46,673 bases of DNA from an uncultured virus (IMG/VR IMGVR_UViG_3300006120_000013). Taxonomy: Duplodnaviria > Heunggongvirae > Uroviricota > Caudoviricetes. Under the pieces are notes generated by a model that saw only the letters and a list, made by a program, of their open reading frames with translations, had not been told where the DNA came from and did not search any database. Below are positions 31,013 to 41,115 of this stretch, one piece after another (position 1 is the stretch's first letter; every line of letters starts with the position of its first letter). The position numbers and the translations under genes were made by a program. The stretch lies in IMG/VR virus record IMGVR_UViG_3300006120_000013. One strand, 5' to 3'.

Positions 31013-31921
31013 ATGAGAAAACAGCCTAGAATCAGTACAGCACCAATAATTCAACAACAAGCAATACAACAAGGAGTTTATTCTCTTAGTCCCGTTATAT
31101 CTACAACATCTATAAGTGTTACAAATACAACTGCAACTACTAACCTTATTACAACAGGAGCAGCAGTTTTAGGTTTCGTTAGAGAAGGACAAGCAATAAC
31201 ATTTGGTTCTGCTATCGGTGGATTGAGTACTAGTATCGTTTATTATGTAATACTTGGATCAATTACTTTAACTACTTTTCAAGTTAGTGCAACTCCAGGT
31301 GGGCCACCAGTTGTTTTATCAACAGCAGCCGCGGCGGTAACTGCTACAACTTATACATATATCAGTGTTCCTGTTAACAGTCTTGGAACTATTGTTAATT
31401 TAACAACTTCTGTTACAAGCCTTATAGGTCTTTTAGGAACAGTATTTGGTCAATCAACAACATTCGCAACTGTTACACTTACAAATGGTACAACTACAGG
31501 ACTAGTTATTGGACAGGCTATAACAGGAACCGGCGCCGGCGGCAGTTTAGGTAGTAATACTACTATTACAAGTATAACAAGTTCTACAACTTTTACTATA
31601 ACAACTAGTGGTGGTAATCCTGCAAACGGAGCAGTTACAAATATACAAACAACTACTCCTCAAATTATTAACGCTCCATCGACTTGGTATTTAGATATAA
31701 CAGGAATACCTAATTCTATTAACTATCAAACTACAGTAACGGTATTAATATCACAAGGTGGTACAGTATACAACCCAACATTAATAGTAAACGGAATCAC
31801 ACCTACTCTTATTGGAACAGGAAACGGTGGAGCAACTAGTAGAATTACGGCTTATTATTATTCGATTATTTGTACTGCTCCTGATCAATATTCATATTCT
31901 GTAATTACTTTTGCAGTTTAA
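31013..31921 (+). CDS. Virion protein, long paralogue of 30584 with two inserted modules
   Basis: Colinear with 30584 apart from insertions at ~31109-31351 and ~31406-31669. Confidence 0.75.
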   Translation: MRKQPRISTAPIIQQQAIQQGVYSLSPVISTTSISVTNTTATTNLITTGAAVLGFVREGQAITFGSAIGGLSTSIVYYVILGSITLTTFQVSATPGGPPVVLSTAAAAVTATTYTYISVPVNSLGTIVNLTTSVTSLIGLLGTVFGQSTTFATVTLTNGTTTGLVIGQAITGTGAGGSLGSNTTITSITSSTTFTITTSGGNPANGAVTNIQTTTPQIINAPSTWYLDITGIPNSINYQTTVTVLISQGGTVYNPTLIVNGITPTLIGTGNGGATSRITAYYYSIICTAPDQYSYSVITFAV

Positions 31922-31962
31922 TATTCTAAATAAATTACCATCGTTTCTTATTCTATTACCTC

Positions 31963-31970
31963 GATAAATA
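31963..31970 (+). promoter_or_regulatory. Late promoter GATAAATA
   Basis: Intergenic, before SD GAGGA and ATG 31988. Confidence 0.7.
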
Positions 31971-31987
31971 TACGTGAGGAATAATAC

Positions 31988-33985
31988 ATGAGCAGTCTTA
32001 ATCTAAACAACCTATTTTTGCAAGGTCCAAGAAATACTATTAAATTACAAAAGGACATATCCTTCAAAAATCCTTGGATTCAAATTTATTCAAATACTAC
32101 AATAGATACTTGGTATGTAGGTGACTTCTCAAGCGCATCATATTTTATTACAGTTGAATATGATTCAAATCACAAAGAATGTATGCATGTTCTAGTTATT
32201 GCTCGACCAGCACAAGCAACTTATTCAATATATGGTAGAACAAGTATTGATAATCAACTAGTTACATTATCTGCTACAGTTTCAAATAGTCAATTAACAC
32301 TATCTGCTACAGCAAATACAGGATATTCTGGAGCAAAATTAAGTTTCTCTGTTTCTTATAATGAAACAATGCAACCCCTATCATATCCTACCACAGTAAC
32401 AAATCTTCCTCCTGGATCAATACCTGTACCCCCAACTAACACAGTTCCTACAACTTTTGGACAAATTGCAGTTTCTGGGCAGTCAACAGTTTATGCAACT
32501 TCTTCGAGTGACACTCTTGCTTTTGTCGCTGGAACAGGAATTAGTCTTACAACTAATAGTACTTCGAAATCTGTAACAATTACTTCATCATTTCCATTCT
32601 TTCAAAATATTCAAGTTTCAGGACAACCAACTTTAATTCCTGCAACTGCTAGTAGTAGCTTAACTTATTCATCAAGCAACGGTATCTCTCTTACAACAAA
32701 TGCATCAAGTAATACAGTTAATATCGGATTAGGAACATTACCTACACTTTCAGTTTCAGGATCATCAACTTTTACTGGAGCAATTACTGCATCTAGTTTG
32801 ATTACAGCAAATACTGGAATCTTAGTTAATAATGGATTAACTGTTAACAATGGCGCAACGTTTAATAACGGAACGACAGTTAATACTTCATTAGCAGTGA
32901 ACGGAACTACATTATCAACTGGAACAATAACTTCTAATTCAAATATAACTTCTACAATAGACGTATCAGGACTTAATAATTATGGAGCCTTTAATTATGG
33001 AAACATAAGATATACTGATGTGAATATATTAGCAAGTTTCACGTCATCTCCTAATAGTTACAATCAAATTATTATAGAAAATAATTCTTCAGGAACATCT
33101 GCAACTGCTAATCTTATTGTAAGCAATAATCAAGGAACTGCTACTACAAACTATGGTAATTTGGGCATTAACAGTAGCGGATGGACTGGAACTTTAGGAA
33201 CATCTAGCATTAATGCACCGGGAGTTGTTTATCTTGCATCTGCTTCTAGCGATTTAGTTATAGGAACATTTGTATCAAATAATATTCGATTTGTTACAAA
33301 TAGTGGAGCAGATGCTGTAACAATTGATACATCAAATACATTAAATGCTTTACAAGGATTTAAATCATTTAGTACTACTACACTAAGTCCTGCAAGTGCT
33401 AATGTTATTATAAGTCCAACAGGTACTGGTAATGTTACTATAAGTCCATCGGGAACTGGAACAGTTGCTATCAATCCAACTTCAGTAGGTACAATTGACA
33501 ATATGACTTTTGGTTCAATTGTTCCTAGAGGCGGCACTTTCACTACTGTTTCTTTTACAGATAGTATAACAGTAACAAACAATGTTAATACATCAAATGT
33601 TTATGCAACCGGATTAAGTGATTTAAACAGAACATCTGAAACAGTTTTTGATGTAGCAAGTGGTGCTACAGTTTCATACAACTTCCAATCTGGATCAATT
33701 TTTTATCATACATCTAATCCTGGACAAGACTGGACGGCATCATTCCTTAATTTACCTACTACTAGTGGTAGAGCTATTTCGATGACTATTGTTGTTCCTC
33801 AAGGATCAACTGCTTATAAAATAACTGGATGTACTATCGAAGGACTTGCTGCTACAATTAAATGGGCAGGAGGATTTACTACTCCTATAGGTAATGCTAA
33901 TAAAACAGATATATGGGCATTTACTCTTATAAGAAGAAGCGGTGGTTGGACAGTTCTTGGATCACAAAATCCAGGATTTGCATAA
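31988..33985 (+). CDS. Fibre protein (665 aa)
   Basis: FGQIAVSGQS...DTL.FVAGTGISLTT repeats, beta-rich shaft, and C-terminal VVPQGSTAY...KWAGG..P.GNANKTDIWAFTL domain resembling the C-terminus of 30584/31013. Confidence 0.75.
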   Translation: MSSLNLNNLFLQGPRNTIKLQKDISFKNPWIQIYSNTTIDTWYVGDFSSASYFITVEYDSNHKECMHVLVIARPAQATYSIYGRTSIDNQLVTLSATVSNSQLTLSATANTGYSGAKLSFSVSYNETMQPLSYPTTVTNLPPGSIPVPPTNTVPTTFGQIAVSGQSTVYATSSSDTLAFVAGTGISLTTNSTSKSVTITSSFPFFQNIQVSGQPTLIPATASSSLTYSSSNGISLTTNASSNTVNIGLGTLPTLSVSGSSTFTGAITASSLITANTGILVNNGLTVNNGATFNNGTTVNTSLAVNGTTLSTGTITSNSNITSTIDVSGLNNYGAFNYGNIRYTDVNILASFTSSPNSYNQIIIENNSSGTSATANLIVSNNQGTATTNYGNLGINSSGWTGTLGTSSINAPGVVYLASASSDLVIGTFVSNNIRFVTNSGADAVTIDTSNTLNALQGFKSFSTTTLSPASANVIISPTGTGNVTISPSGTGTVAINPTSVGTIDNMTFGSIVPRGGTFTTVSFTDSITVTNNVNTSNVYATGLSDLNRTSETVFDVASGATVSYNFQSGSIFYHTSNPGQDWTASFLNLPTTSGRAISMTIVVPQGSTAYKITGCTIEGLAATIKWAGGFTTPIGNANKTDIWAFTLIRRSGGWTVLGSQNPGFA

Positions 33986-33998
33986 TGGGTATTATAAC

Positions 33999-34613
33999 AT
34001 GACATTATTATCATCAATGAGAGGCGTAAATCAATTAGGTATTTCTAAAAAACCGTATGTTCTATACGATATTATAACTCTTAATGCTATTAGTGGAAAT
34101 ATGACTGTTACAGGAAACGGAACTAATACTATAAGTGCATTTAAAACAAGTGGAGCAAACAACTGGGATAATCAAATAAATTCAAACACTCCGTATACTG
34201 CTCCTTGTACAATAGAGTTTACTAAACAAGCAGGTGTTACTGATAATTCACTTTCTTATGCTATGATGGGATGGAATACTGATCCAAATACTGATGCAAA
34301 TTATGGAACTCTAGATTATACTTCATATGCTTATGTACAGACTTCTTATATAGTATATAATAACGGAATTAGTAATAACGTTAGCACAGGTTGGGATCCC
34401 ACAAAGAGGTTTTATATTTCCTATGATCTTAGCGGAAATATCAAACACTGGAATGGGTCAACATTACTTTATAGCGCATCATATGGAACAGGAAATACTG
34501 TATATCTTGATAGTAGTTTTTATAGTGTTGACGCTACACAAACATATAGTGGATTTAGTAATATCCGTATTACTAAGGCTGTTTGGAATGGGGATGCTTA
34601 TATATATGCTTGA
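33999..34613 (+). CDS. Small beta-sandwich (lectin-like) tip protein
   Basis: ATG 33999 avoids overlap with the upstream gene; W/Y/N-rich beta pattern. Function inferred. Confidence 0.55.
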   Translation: MTLLSSMRGVNQLGISKKPYVLYDIITLNAISGNMTVTGNGTNTISAFKTSGANNWDNQINSNTPYTAPCTIEFTKQAGVTDNSLSYAMMGWNTDPNTDANYGTLDYTSYAYVQTSYIVYNNGISNNVSTGWDPTKRFYISYDLSGNIKHWNGSTLLYSASYGTGNTVYLDSSFYSVDATQTYSGFSNIRITKAVWNGDAYIYA

Positions 34614-34619
34614 GTAAAG

Positions 34620-34627
34620 CATAAATA
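34620..34627 (+). promoter_or_regulatory. Late promoter CATAAATA
   Basis: Intergenic, before SD GAGGA and ATG 34649. Confidence 0.6.
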
Positions 34628-34648
34628 TAACACTAACCAGAGGAAATC

Positions 34649-35563
34649 ATGTCAGTTAACCAGTTACCACTAAAATCCGAGTATGGATTCATTTCTCCAG
34701 GATTTTCTGTTGATACAAACGGAAACGTTAATATTACAGGACAATTTCAAGTTAACGGTGCTGCAATTACAGCATCAACAACAACTTTACCAAGCAACAT
34801 TGTTTTTAGCAGTCTAACACAAACAGGAACATTAACTGCATTAACTGTAAATGGTACAGTATCTACAAGTGGAGGAACTGTAACTCTTAATGCAAGAACT
34901 CAATTAACATTAACATCAACTGGATCAATAACCTTAACTTCTGGAACTAGCGGTATGGTTAATATTACTTCTGGAACTGGAGGTACAGTAGTAATTAATT
35001 CAAATGCAGCAGGAACTATGGACAATATTGCTATTGGTTCCACTACACCACAAACTGCTACGTTTACAAATGTTACTATTAGTGGAACTTTAACAGATAA
35101 TTCTAGTATTCCTTATTTAAAATCTGTTGCTGCTACTACAGGTACACTAGATAATTATAATATTGGATCAATAACTCCAAAAGCAGGAACATTTACTTCT
35201 TTAACTGTAACATCAAACTTATCTTTATCACCAACATCGGTGGGAACAATTAATAATACAAATATAGGTACCGTAACTGCTGGTACTGGTAATTTTAGTA
35301 CTTTAGCAGCAACTGGTCTTCTTACCTTATCGAATACATCGGCTACACATATAATTAGTTCTACAACTATATCAACTACAATTACCACTGGTGCATTAGT
35401 AATTTCTGGAGGGGTGGGTATCGGTGATTCACTAAATATAGCAAATAATTTAACAATTAATGGAATAGGAATTCAAGCAACTTTACCAACATCTGCAACA
35501 CATCTTGTTAATAAAAAGTATGTTGATGCAAAATCAATAGCAGTATCGATTGCACTGTCTTAA
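34649..35563 (+). CDS. Short fibre protein
   Basis: SSLT.TGTLT.LTV, three GT.DN..IG..TP..GTFT repeats, GALVISGGVGI and NKKYVD motifs; ends SIAVSIALS. Confidence 0.75.
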   Translation: MSVNQLPLKSEYGFISPGFSVDTNGNVNITGQFQVNGAAITASTTTLPSNIVFSSLTQTGTLTALTVNGTVSTSGGTVTLNARTQLTLTSTGSITLTSGTSGMVNITSGTGGTVVINSNAAGTMDNIAIGSTTPQTATFTNVTISGTLTDNSSIPYLKSVAATTGTLDNYNIGSITPKAGTFTSLTVTSNLSLSPTSVGTINNTNIGTVTAGTGNFSTLAATGLLTLSNTSATHIISSTTISTTITTGALVISGGVGIGDSLNIANNLTINGIGIQATLPTSATHLVNKKYVDAKSIAVSIALS

Positions 35564-35575
35564 AAGGAATTAATA

Positions 35576-38500
35576 ATGGCAAAACGACTAATAAGAACAT
35601 ATGTTTTTACACCAGGAGCAGCAGGAGTAGGAAATATACAAATTCCTGGAAGATGGGATTTGAGTCAATTTCTATTAGTTACTAATACTGTAAGAAATCA
35701 AATACTTTATAATTTTGCTGATTCTACAACTGGTGCAACAGTTACATTTACTGCTGGAACTAACACAAACTTTCCTTATATAACACAAGACAGTGATGGA
35801 TATACTACTTTAACTTTTACTAATTTTAATACTTCTTCATATTCTAGTACAGAAAATTTACAAATTTTTGTCGATCAAGAATCACAAACAATTCGCCCTT
35901 GGCCATTTGGTACAGATGCTATCGAACGTATGCGTGTTGCAAGTCCACAATCAATGCTCGATGCTGACTTTGAATACGGTCTACAACCAACTAAATGGCT
36001 AACAGTTAGCCAATTAAGAGGATATCCATCAACTTATGAAATTCCTGGATCAGATTTAACAGTAACAAACGTAACAACTGATGCTTCTGTTCCTTTTAGT
36101 GGTCTTGGTTCATCATTAATTACAGTTACAACTTCAACTGCACACGGTTATTCAGCATTGACTCCAATTAATATTAAAGGTCTTTTAAATACTGTTCCTG
36201 GATTCAACCGCGCAGAAGGTTCTTTCCTAGTTTATACAGTTCCTTCAAGTACAACTTTTACATATTATTCTAAATCTAAAGTTGGAAATAACAATGGTGA
36301 TACTCTTTATAGTGGTATCGTTCAATTAAGAAGAGAAGCATTTTATACAGGAGCAAGTGTCGGTAGTGCAGGACCGACTGCAACATATGTAAATGGTACA
36401 GGATTAAATGGTGCAGCATTAATTACATTAAGTTTAGCAAATCCTCATGGATTTATTCCAGGAGATACTATACTCGTTACTGTGAGTTCAGATAACGGAA
36501 CAAATAACCACACATTGGCACAAGGCGGATTTTGGATAGAACAAATAAACAGTCCAACTACACTATCATTTAGTGCTAGAGGCATAGGAACAATTACAGG
36601 AACAATTATAGTTTCGGCTTTATATGCAAGACCCGATTGTTATTACATTCATAGACCTCTAGACGGAGGTGTTGCTTTAGGAACAGGTGGACCTGCTCAT
36701 GGCGCACATGCTATACGTCAAAGTAAAAAATATATCCGTTATCAATCAGGTAAAGGAATTATGTATAATACTGGTGCTTTATTTGCACCTAATTATGACA
36801 TTAGATCCGTTACAGCTTCAGGCACAGCGATCGGCAGTACAATAACTGTAGTCACTGATAACTTAGATCACGGTTTACAAGTAGGTGCTTCGGTAAGTCT
36901 ATCACAAATAGTAACTAGCGGATACAATGGACAATATACTGTTCAAAGCATAGTTGATGAAAGAACATTTACTGTTACCGCGTATCAAGTTTTAGGATCA
37001 GTTTCTCCAATATTGCAAAATCCTTGTTTAGTTAATACTACAGGATGGCATGGATCAACAGTTCGTGCAGGAACATTTGATGATCAAAATGGTATGTTTT
37101 GGATGTTTGATGGAATATCAATGTATGTTGGAAGAAGAGCAGCAACATATCAAATTGCAGGAACTATTGCTGTAAACCCAGATTCAAATAGTATTGTAGG
37201 ATCTAGTACTAGATTCCAAGATCAATTAAAAGTGGGTGATCGTATAGTAATCAAAGGAATGACACATATTGTTACAAATATTGCATCTCAAACACAGTTA
37301 TATATAACTCCAGACTATCGTGGTATAAATTCTTATACTGGAGTTATTGCAGCAGGAGTTAGAGATATTATAGTTCCTCAATCACAATGGAACGTTGATC
37401 GTTGCGATGGTAGTGCAGGTCCGTTTAATCCAAGTGGTTATAATCTAACACCATATAAAATGCAGATGATTGGAATGCAATGGTCATGGTATGGCGCTGG
37501 ATTTATTGAATTCTTCTTAAGAGGTCCAGAATCTAGATTTATTTTAGTTCATAGAATGAAACAAAGTAACGTTAATAATGAAGCATATATGAGATCAGGT
37601 AACCAACCTGTTCGATATGAAGTTATTAATGAAGGTGGAAGAAGTACTCTAGTTAATGCTATAGGGTCTACTGATACAACATTAACAATTCAGTCATCAG
37701 ATGCTTATAGATTTCCACCAAGTGGTACTTTGTATATCGATTATGAATTAATTTCTTATACTTCTATTAATACATCTACTGGCGTAATAAGCGGATTAGG
37801 TCGAGCAGCAACTTTAAGTAATTTTTCTGGTGGTCAAACAAGAAACTATACTGCCAGTACGGCTAGTTCTCATGCAGCAGGTGTAGGAGTTACCTTAGTA
37901 AGTATAACTGCTACACCTCAAATAAGTCACTGGGGATCTGCATTTATGACAGACGGTGGTTTTGATAGTGATCGTGGATACATATTTAATTACCAACAGA
38001 CTAATGTTACAGCAAATCCTATTAGAGCGGCAGCATTTGGCATTCGATTAGCACCTAGTGTATCAAACGGACAGGTTGGAGATTTAGGAGATAGAGAATT
38101 AATTAACAGAGCCCAGTTGTTACTTCAAACAATTGAAATTACTGCCGGTACTGCTGGTACTAACTCTGCATTTATTATTGAAGGTGTTATTAATCCTCAG
38201 AATTACAGTTCTGCAACTTGGTATTCTCTTGCTCCTTCCACTAATGTTCTCAGTACTCCAGGTGGACAACCAAGTTTTACTCAGGTTGCAACAGGAACTA
38301 GTTTTGTTTGGAACAACAGTTTAAATACTAGTTACGCTGCTGCTGTAACAACAAGTACTGGTAATACAGTTACTATAAGTTCAGCAAATGCAGCAACTTT
38401 ACAAGCATTTCAGACATCTAATCCAACAACACTTATCTATCTATATAATTCAACTTCAAGTGGTGCAATCTCGTCAAATACATATATTACCAATATTAAT

Positions 38501-38800
38501 ACAGGTACAGGTGTATTAACACTCAATCAGAATATATTAAGTACAGTTACTAGCGGTAACACTTTAATATTCCAAGCAAACAACTTTGCTGTTCCTGGTG
38601 AAACTGTTTTCTCGTTTATATCTTCACCAAGTAACAAGGACTCATTAGATTTATCTCAGTTAAAAGAATTAACTAATACACCAATTGGTGGTAGAGGTGC
38701 GTTTCCAAACGGTCCAGATATACTTGTTGTTAATGTTTATATTACATCAGCAACCGCTACTGCTAACTTAGTTATTCGTTGGGGTGAAGCACAAGCCTAA
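35576..38800 (+). CDS. Large virion structural protein (1074 aa)
   Basis: Repeated ITVTT..AHG-type modules; DAIERMRVASPQS..DADFEYG and RQSKKYIRYQSGKG core motifs; SD AAGGA upstream. Confidence 0.7.
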   Translation: MAKRLIRTYVFTPGAAGVGNIQIPGRWDLSQFLLVTNTVRNQILYNFADSTTGATVTFTAGTNTNFPYITQDSDGYTTLTFTNFNTSSYSSTENLQIFVDQESQTIRPWPFGTDAIERMRVASPQSMLDADFEYGLQPTKWLTVSQLRGYPSTYEIPGSDLTVTNVTTDASVPFSGLGSSLITVTTSTAHGYSALTPINIKGLLNTVPGFNRAEGSFLVYTVPSSTTFTYYSKSKVGNNNGDTLYSGIVQLRREAFYTGASVGSAGPTATYVNGTGLNGAALITLSLANPHGFIPGDTILVTVSSDNGTNNHTLAQGGFWIEQINSPTTLSFSARGIGTITGTIIVSALYARPDCYYIHRPLDGGVALGTGGPAHGAHAIRQSKKYIRYQSGKGIMYNTGALFAPNYDIRSVTASGTAIGSTITVVTDNLDHGLQVGASVSLSQIVTSGYNGQYTVQSIVDERTFTVTAYQVLGSVSPILQNPCLVNTTGWHGSTVRAGTFDDQNGMFWMFDGISMYVGRRAATYQIAGTIAVNPDSNSIVGSSTRFQDQLKVGDRIVIKGMTHIVTNIASQTQLYITPDYRGINSYTGVIAAGVRDIIVPQSQWNVDRCDGSAGPFNPSGYNLTPYKMQMIGMQWSWYGAGFIEFFLRGPESRFILVHRMKQSNVNNEAYMRSGNQPVRYEVINEGGRSTLVNAIGSTDTTLTIQSSDAYRFPPSGTLYIDYELISYTSINTSTGVISGLGRAATLSNFSGGQTRNYTASTASSHAAGVGVTLVSITATPQISHWGSAFMTDGGFDSDRGYIFNYQQTNVTANPIRAAAFGIRLAPSVSNGQVGDLGDRELINRAQLLLQTIEITAGTAGTNSAFIIEGVINPQNYSSATWYSLAPSTNVLSTPGGQPSFTQVATGTSFVWNNSLNTSYAAAVTTSTGNTVTISSANAATLQAFQTSNPTTLIYLYNSTSSGAISSNTYITNINTGTGVLTLNQNILSTVTSGNTLIFQANNFAVPGETVFSFISSPSNKDSLDLSQLKELTNTPIGGRGAFPNGPDILVVNVYITSATATANLVIRWGEAQA

Positions 38801-39234
38801 GATAATAGAGATAAAAATTCAAAAATTGTATCAATTTTTGCTCTAATAACTTTATTATGTAGTGTATTTCTTATTCCTTGATGTACGGGCTTTGGCCACG
38901 AATCTAATTCTGACCATGCCCATCCTTTATGTTCGCTACTTAATATTGGAATAAATTCTTCTTTTACTATACAAACATAGGTTTGAAAATTAAAATGTGT
39001 ATCGTCGCTAACAAATGTTTCTAAAGGAATTGATTTAATTATTTCTGGCATGAATCCAATTTCTTCATTAATTTCCCTACATAGGCCTTGCCAAACAGAT
39101 TCATCATTTTCTGTTTTTCCACCAACTAATCCCCAAATTCCTTCTTTTTTTCCTGATGATTTTTGTAATAAAAGAAATCTTTTAGTATTTTGACTGAGAA
39201 ATAAAGCACCACTACCACGAATTTTTTTTGTCAC
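38797..39234 (-). CDS. NUDIX hydrolase
   Basis: Nudix box GGKTENDESVWQGLCREINEEIG. Start uncertain; GTG 39234 overlapping the upstream TGA was chosen. Confidence 0.85.
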   Translation of the reverse strand: MTKKIRGSGALFLSQNTKRFLLLQKSSGKKEGIWGLVGGKTENDESVWQGLCREINEEIGFMPEIIKSIPLETFVSDDTHFNFQTYVCIVKEEFIPILSSEHKGWAWSELDSWPKPVHQGIRNTLHNKVIRAKIDTIFEFLSLLS

Positions 39235-40589
39235 AACATCAGACGCCATAGTCCGTTTCTGTATTCTCCCTCGAAACTCTTGGTCCATGCTTCTCCGTCC
39301 CATTTATACTGTATACTAGTTCTTAAATTAGTTATATAGGTAATGTCTGTAGTAGATGCAGCATTGAATACTATATTCCATTTTGATCCATCCCATTCGA
39401 TAATATTATTAGCATCACTAATGAAATCACTATTATCTCTATTTTTCCAAGCATCTGCTCCATCAGAATTTATAGTTGATCCTATTGATTCTAATAATAG
39501 ATATCTAATACCGGGAGCAATATTAGTTGGAGGAGCATAAGTTAGAGGATCTATAATAGCATCAACTGTTCCTCTGTTTTGTATAATTGTATTTGTAGGA
39601 TATGTATCTGGATCCCAATTAATTATAGCAAGGGATTCGTCTGTAGGATGAATACTCATTGCACCTACAATTTCTGTACCATCTGCTTTTTTAAGAAACA
39701 TTCTACTTGTACCTGCACGAAATTTTCCATATTCGTCGAGTAATTTGTACCAATTTACATTTGTTCCATATTTTTGAGGTATTTCTTCATTACTAATACT
39801 CTCTCCTGGATTTAATAATCTTGCTGTATTGTTAATAACTAGCAATCCAAAAAAACCTGGTGTAATATATTGAGTTGAATCTGGTTGTCCAAGTAAAAAA
39901 TAAGGATCAATTTCGCCTGCTGGTTCTGTAAAAATATTAGCAACAATAGTTTGTATAACTCCCAATCTTTTAACCTTTGCTGGAGGAGTTATCCATATAG
40001 GTGTTTCAAATTCCATAGTTGCAATATCTATCTCACTATCGACACCGACTGGTACAGTTTTACTTGTTAAAACTAAATCAGTTAATTCAACTGTTGTAAG
40101 ACTAGTCCAATCAACATAGTTGTCTGTAGTTTGTATTTCAAAACTAGGATTAAAGAATACTAAAATTTGTTCTAATATTTGTAATTTTTGATCAGTATTT
40201 GATGCCCAGATATCTGCCTTAATTGTTAATTTATAAGGAGTAGGCATTAATCTTTCAATTGTATAATTTATTCCTTGTTCTGTATCATATTTTCCTGTTT
40301 GTGAGTTTATTTGTCTTTCTCTAACATTAAATTTACTAACAAAACTTGAATCACTTAGACGATCTCTATCAAATACTAGATCTGTCATATAAACAGCAAT
40401 ACGAGGAGTTGAGAGCAACTTGTTTTCAGATCCATCTTTTAAAATGCTTCCAACTTGTCTAGTCATATCTCCATAAATTACAGGAACAACTTTTTCAACA
40501 CCGTCAGCCGTTTTAATTTTAAAGTCACTTAACATTCTAATTATTTGAGAAAGATATCGGCGTACTTGGCCGTCATAGAACCATTGAAT
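39231..40589 (-). CDS. Tail sheath stabiliser/terminator, T4 gp15-like, with C-terminal extension; probable ATT start
   Basis: VPVIYGD, P.PYKL.I..DIW...TDQ.LQILEQIL..FNPS motifs. Frame extends 18 codons upstream of ATG 40535 to ATT 40589 (IQWFYDGQVRRY...), which has an SD AAGGAG. Confidence 0.8.
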   Translation of the reverse strand: MQWFYDGQVRRYLSQIIRMLSDFKIKTADGVEKVVPVIYGDMTRQVGSILKDGSENKLLSTPRIAVYMTDLVFDRDRLSDSSFVSKFNVRERQINSQTGKYDTEQGINYTIERLMPTPYKLTIKADIWASNTDQKLQILEQILVFFNPSFEIQTTDNYVDWTSLTTVELTDLVLTSKTVPVGVDSEIDIATMEFETPIWITPPAKVKRLGVIQTIVANIFTEPAGEIDPYFLLGQPDSTQYITPGFFGLLVINNTARLLNPGESISNEEIPQKYGTNVNWYKLLDEYGKFRAGTSRMFLKKADGTEIVGAMSIHPTDESLAIINWDPDTYPTNTIIQNRGTVDAIIDPLTYAPPTNIAPGIRYLLLESIGSTINSDGADAWKNRDNSDFISDANNIIEWDGSKWNIVFNAASTTDITYITNLRTSIQYKWDGEAWTKSFEGEYRNGLWRLML

Positions 40590-41115
40590 TGTCGTTCTCC
40601 TTTATAAACCAAACACGTTTACCGTTTATTAACTTCCAACTCATAGACCCTTTATTTTTCCATTTCGTACTTTCTTTACCCCGTTTGTTACTTATCCATA
40701 AACCTGTTTTACCTTTATGACTTCTTGGACTAGAATGTTTTTCTACACCATTATTCTCTTCTCGGCGTCTGGCATGAGCAGCCTTTTGTGCTTCTCTCAT
40801 ACGTTGTTTGCTTTCTTCAGAATGTATTTTATTATTTCCAGGTTGTCTAATGTTATAACCATTATTGATAGAATCAAATTTCTCTACATAAAATTCTTCT
40901 AACAAATTTAATTCTTCTAACGAGTTTGCTGTATCTATAACTTCAAATAAAAAAGAATCTAATCCATATTTCCTTAAAGCATTATGAAAATGATATTCTC
41001 TAGAAGAACGTTTAGAATGATTAATGTGCTCAAGACGACGCTGATTAGGATCTTGTATTGTTTGTCCTATATAACACTTTCCTGATTCTATATGAGTAAA
41101 TTTATAAATATGCAT
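40573..41115 (-). mobile_element. Free-standing GIY-YIG homing endonuclease (seg-like) with NUMOD3-like motif
   Basis: HIYKFT...GKCYIGQT...R..EH...E...NGYN and HSEESKQRMREA motifs; lies between the gp14-like and gp15-like genes, overlapping both. Confidence 0.88.

Noticed and set aside
40573..41115. Group I intron around the endonuclease
   Set aside because: The ORF overlaps both neighbours, leaving no non-coding room for a ribozyme core.
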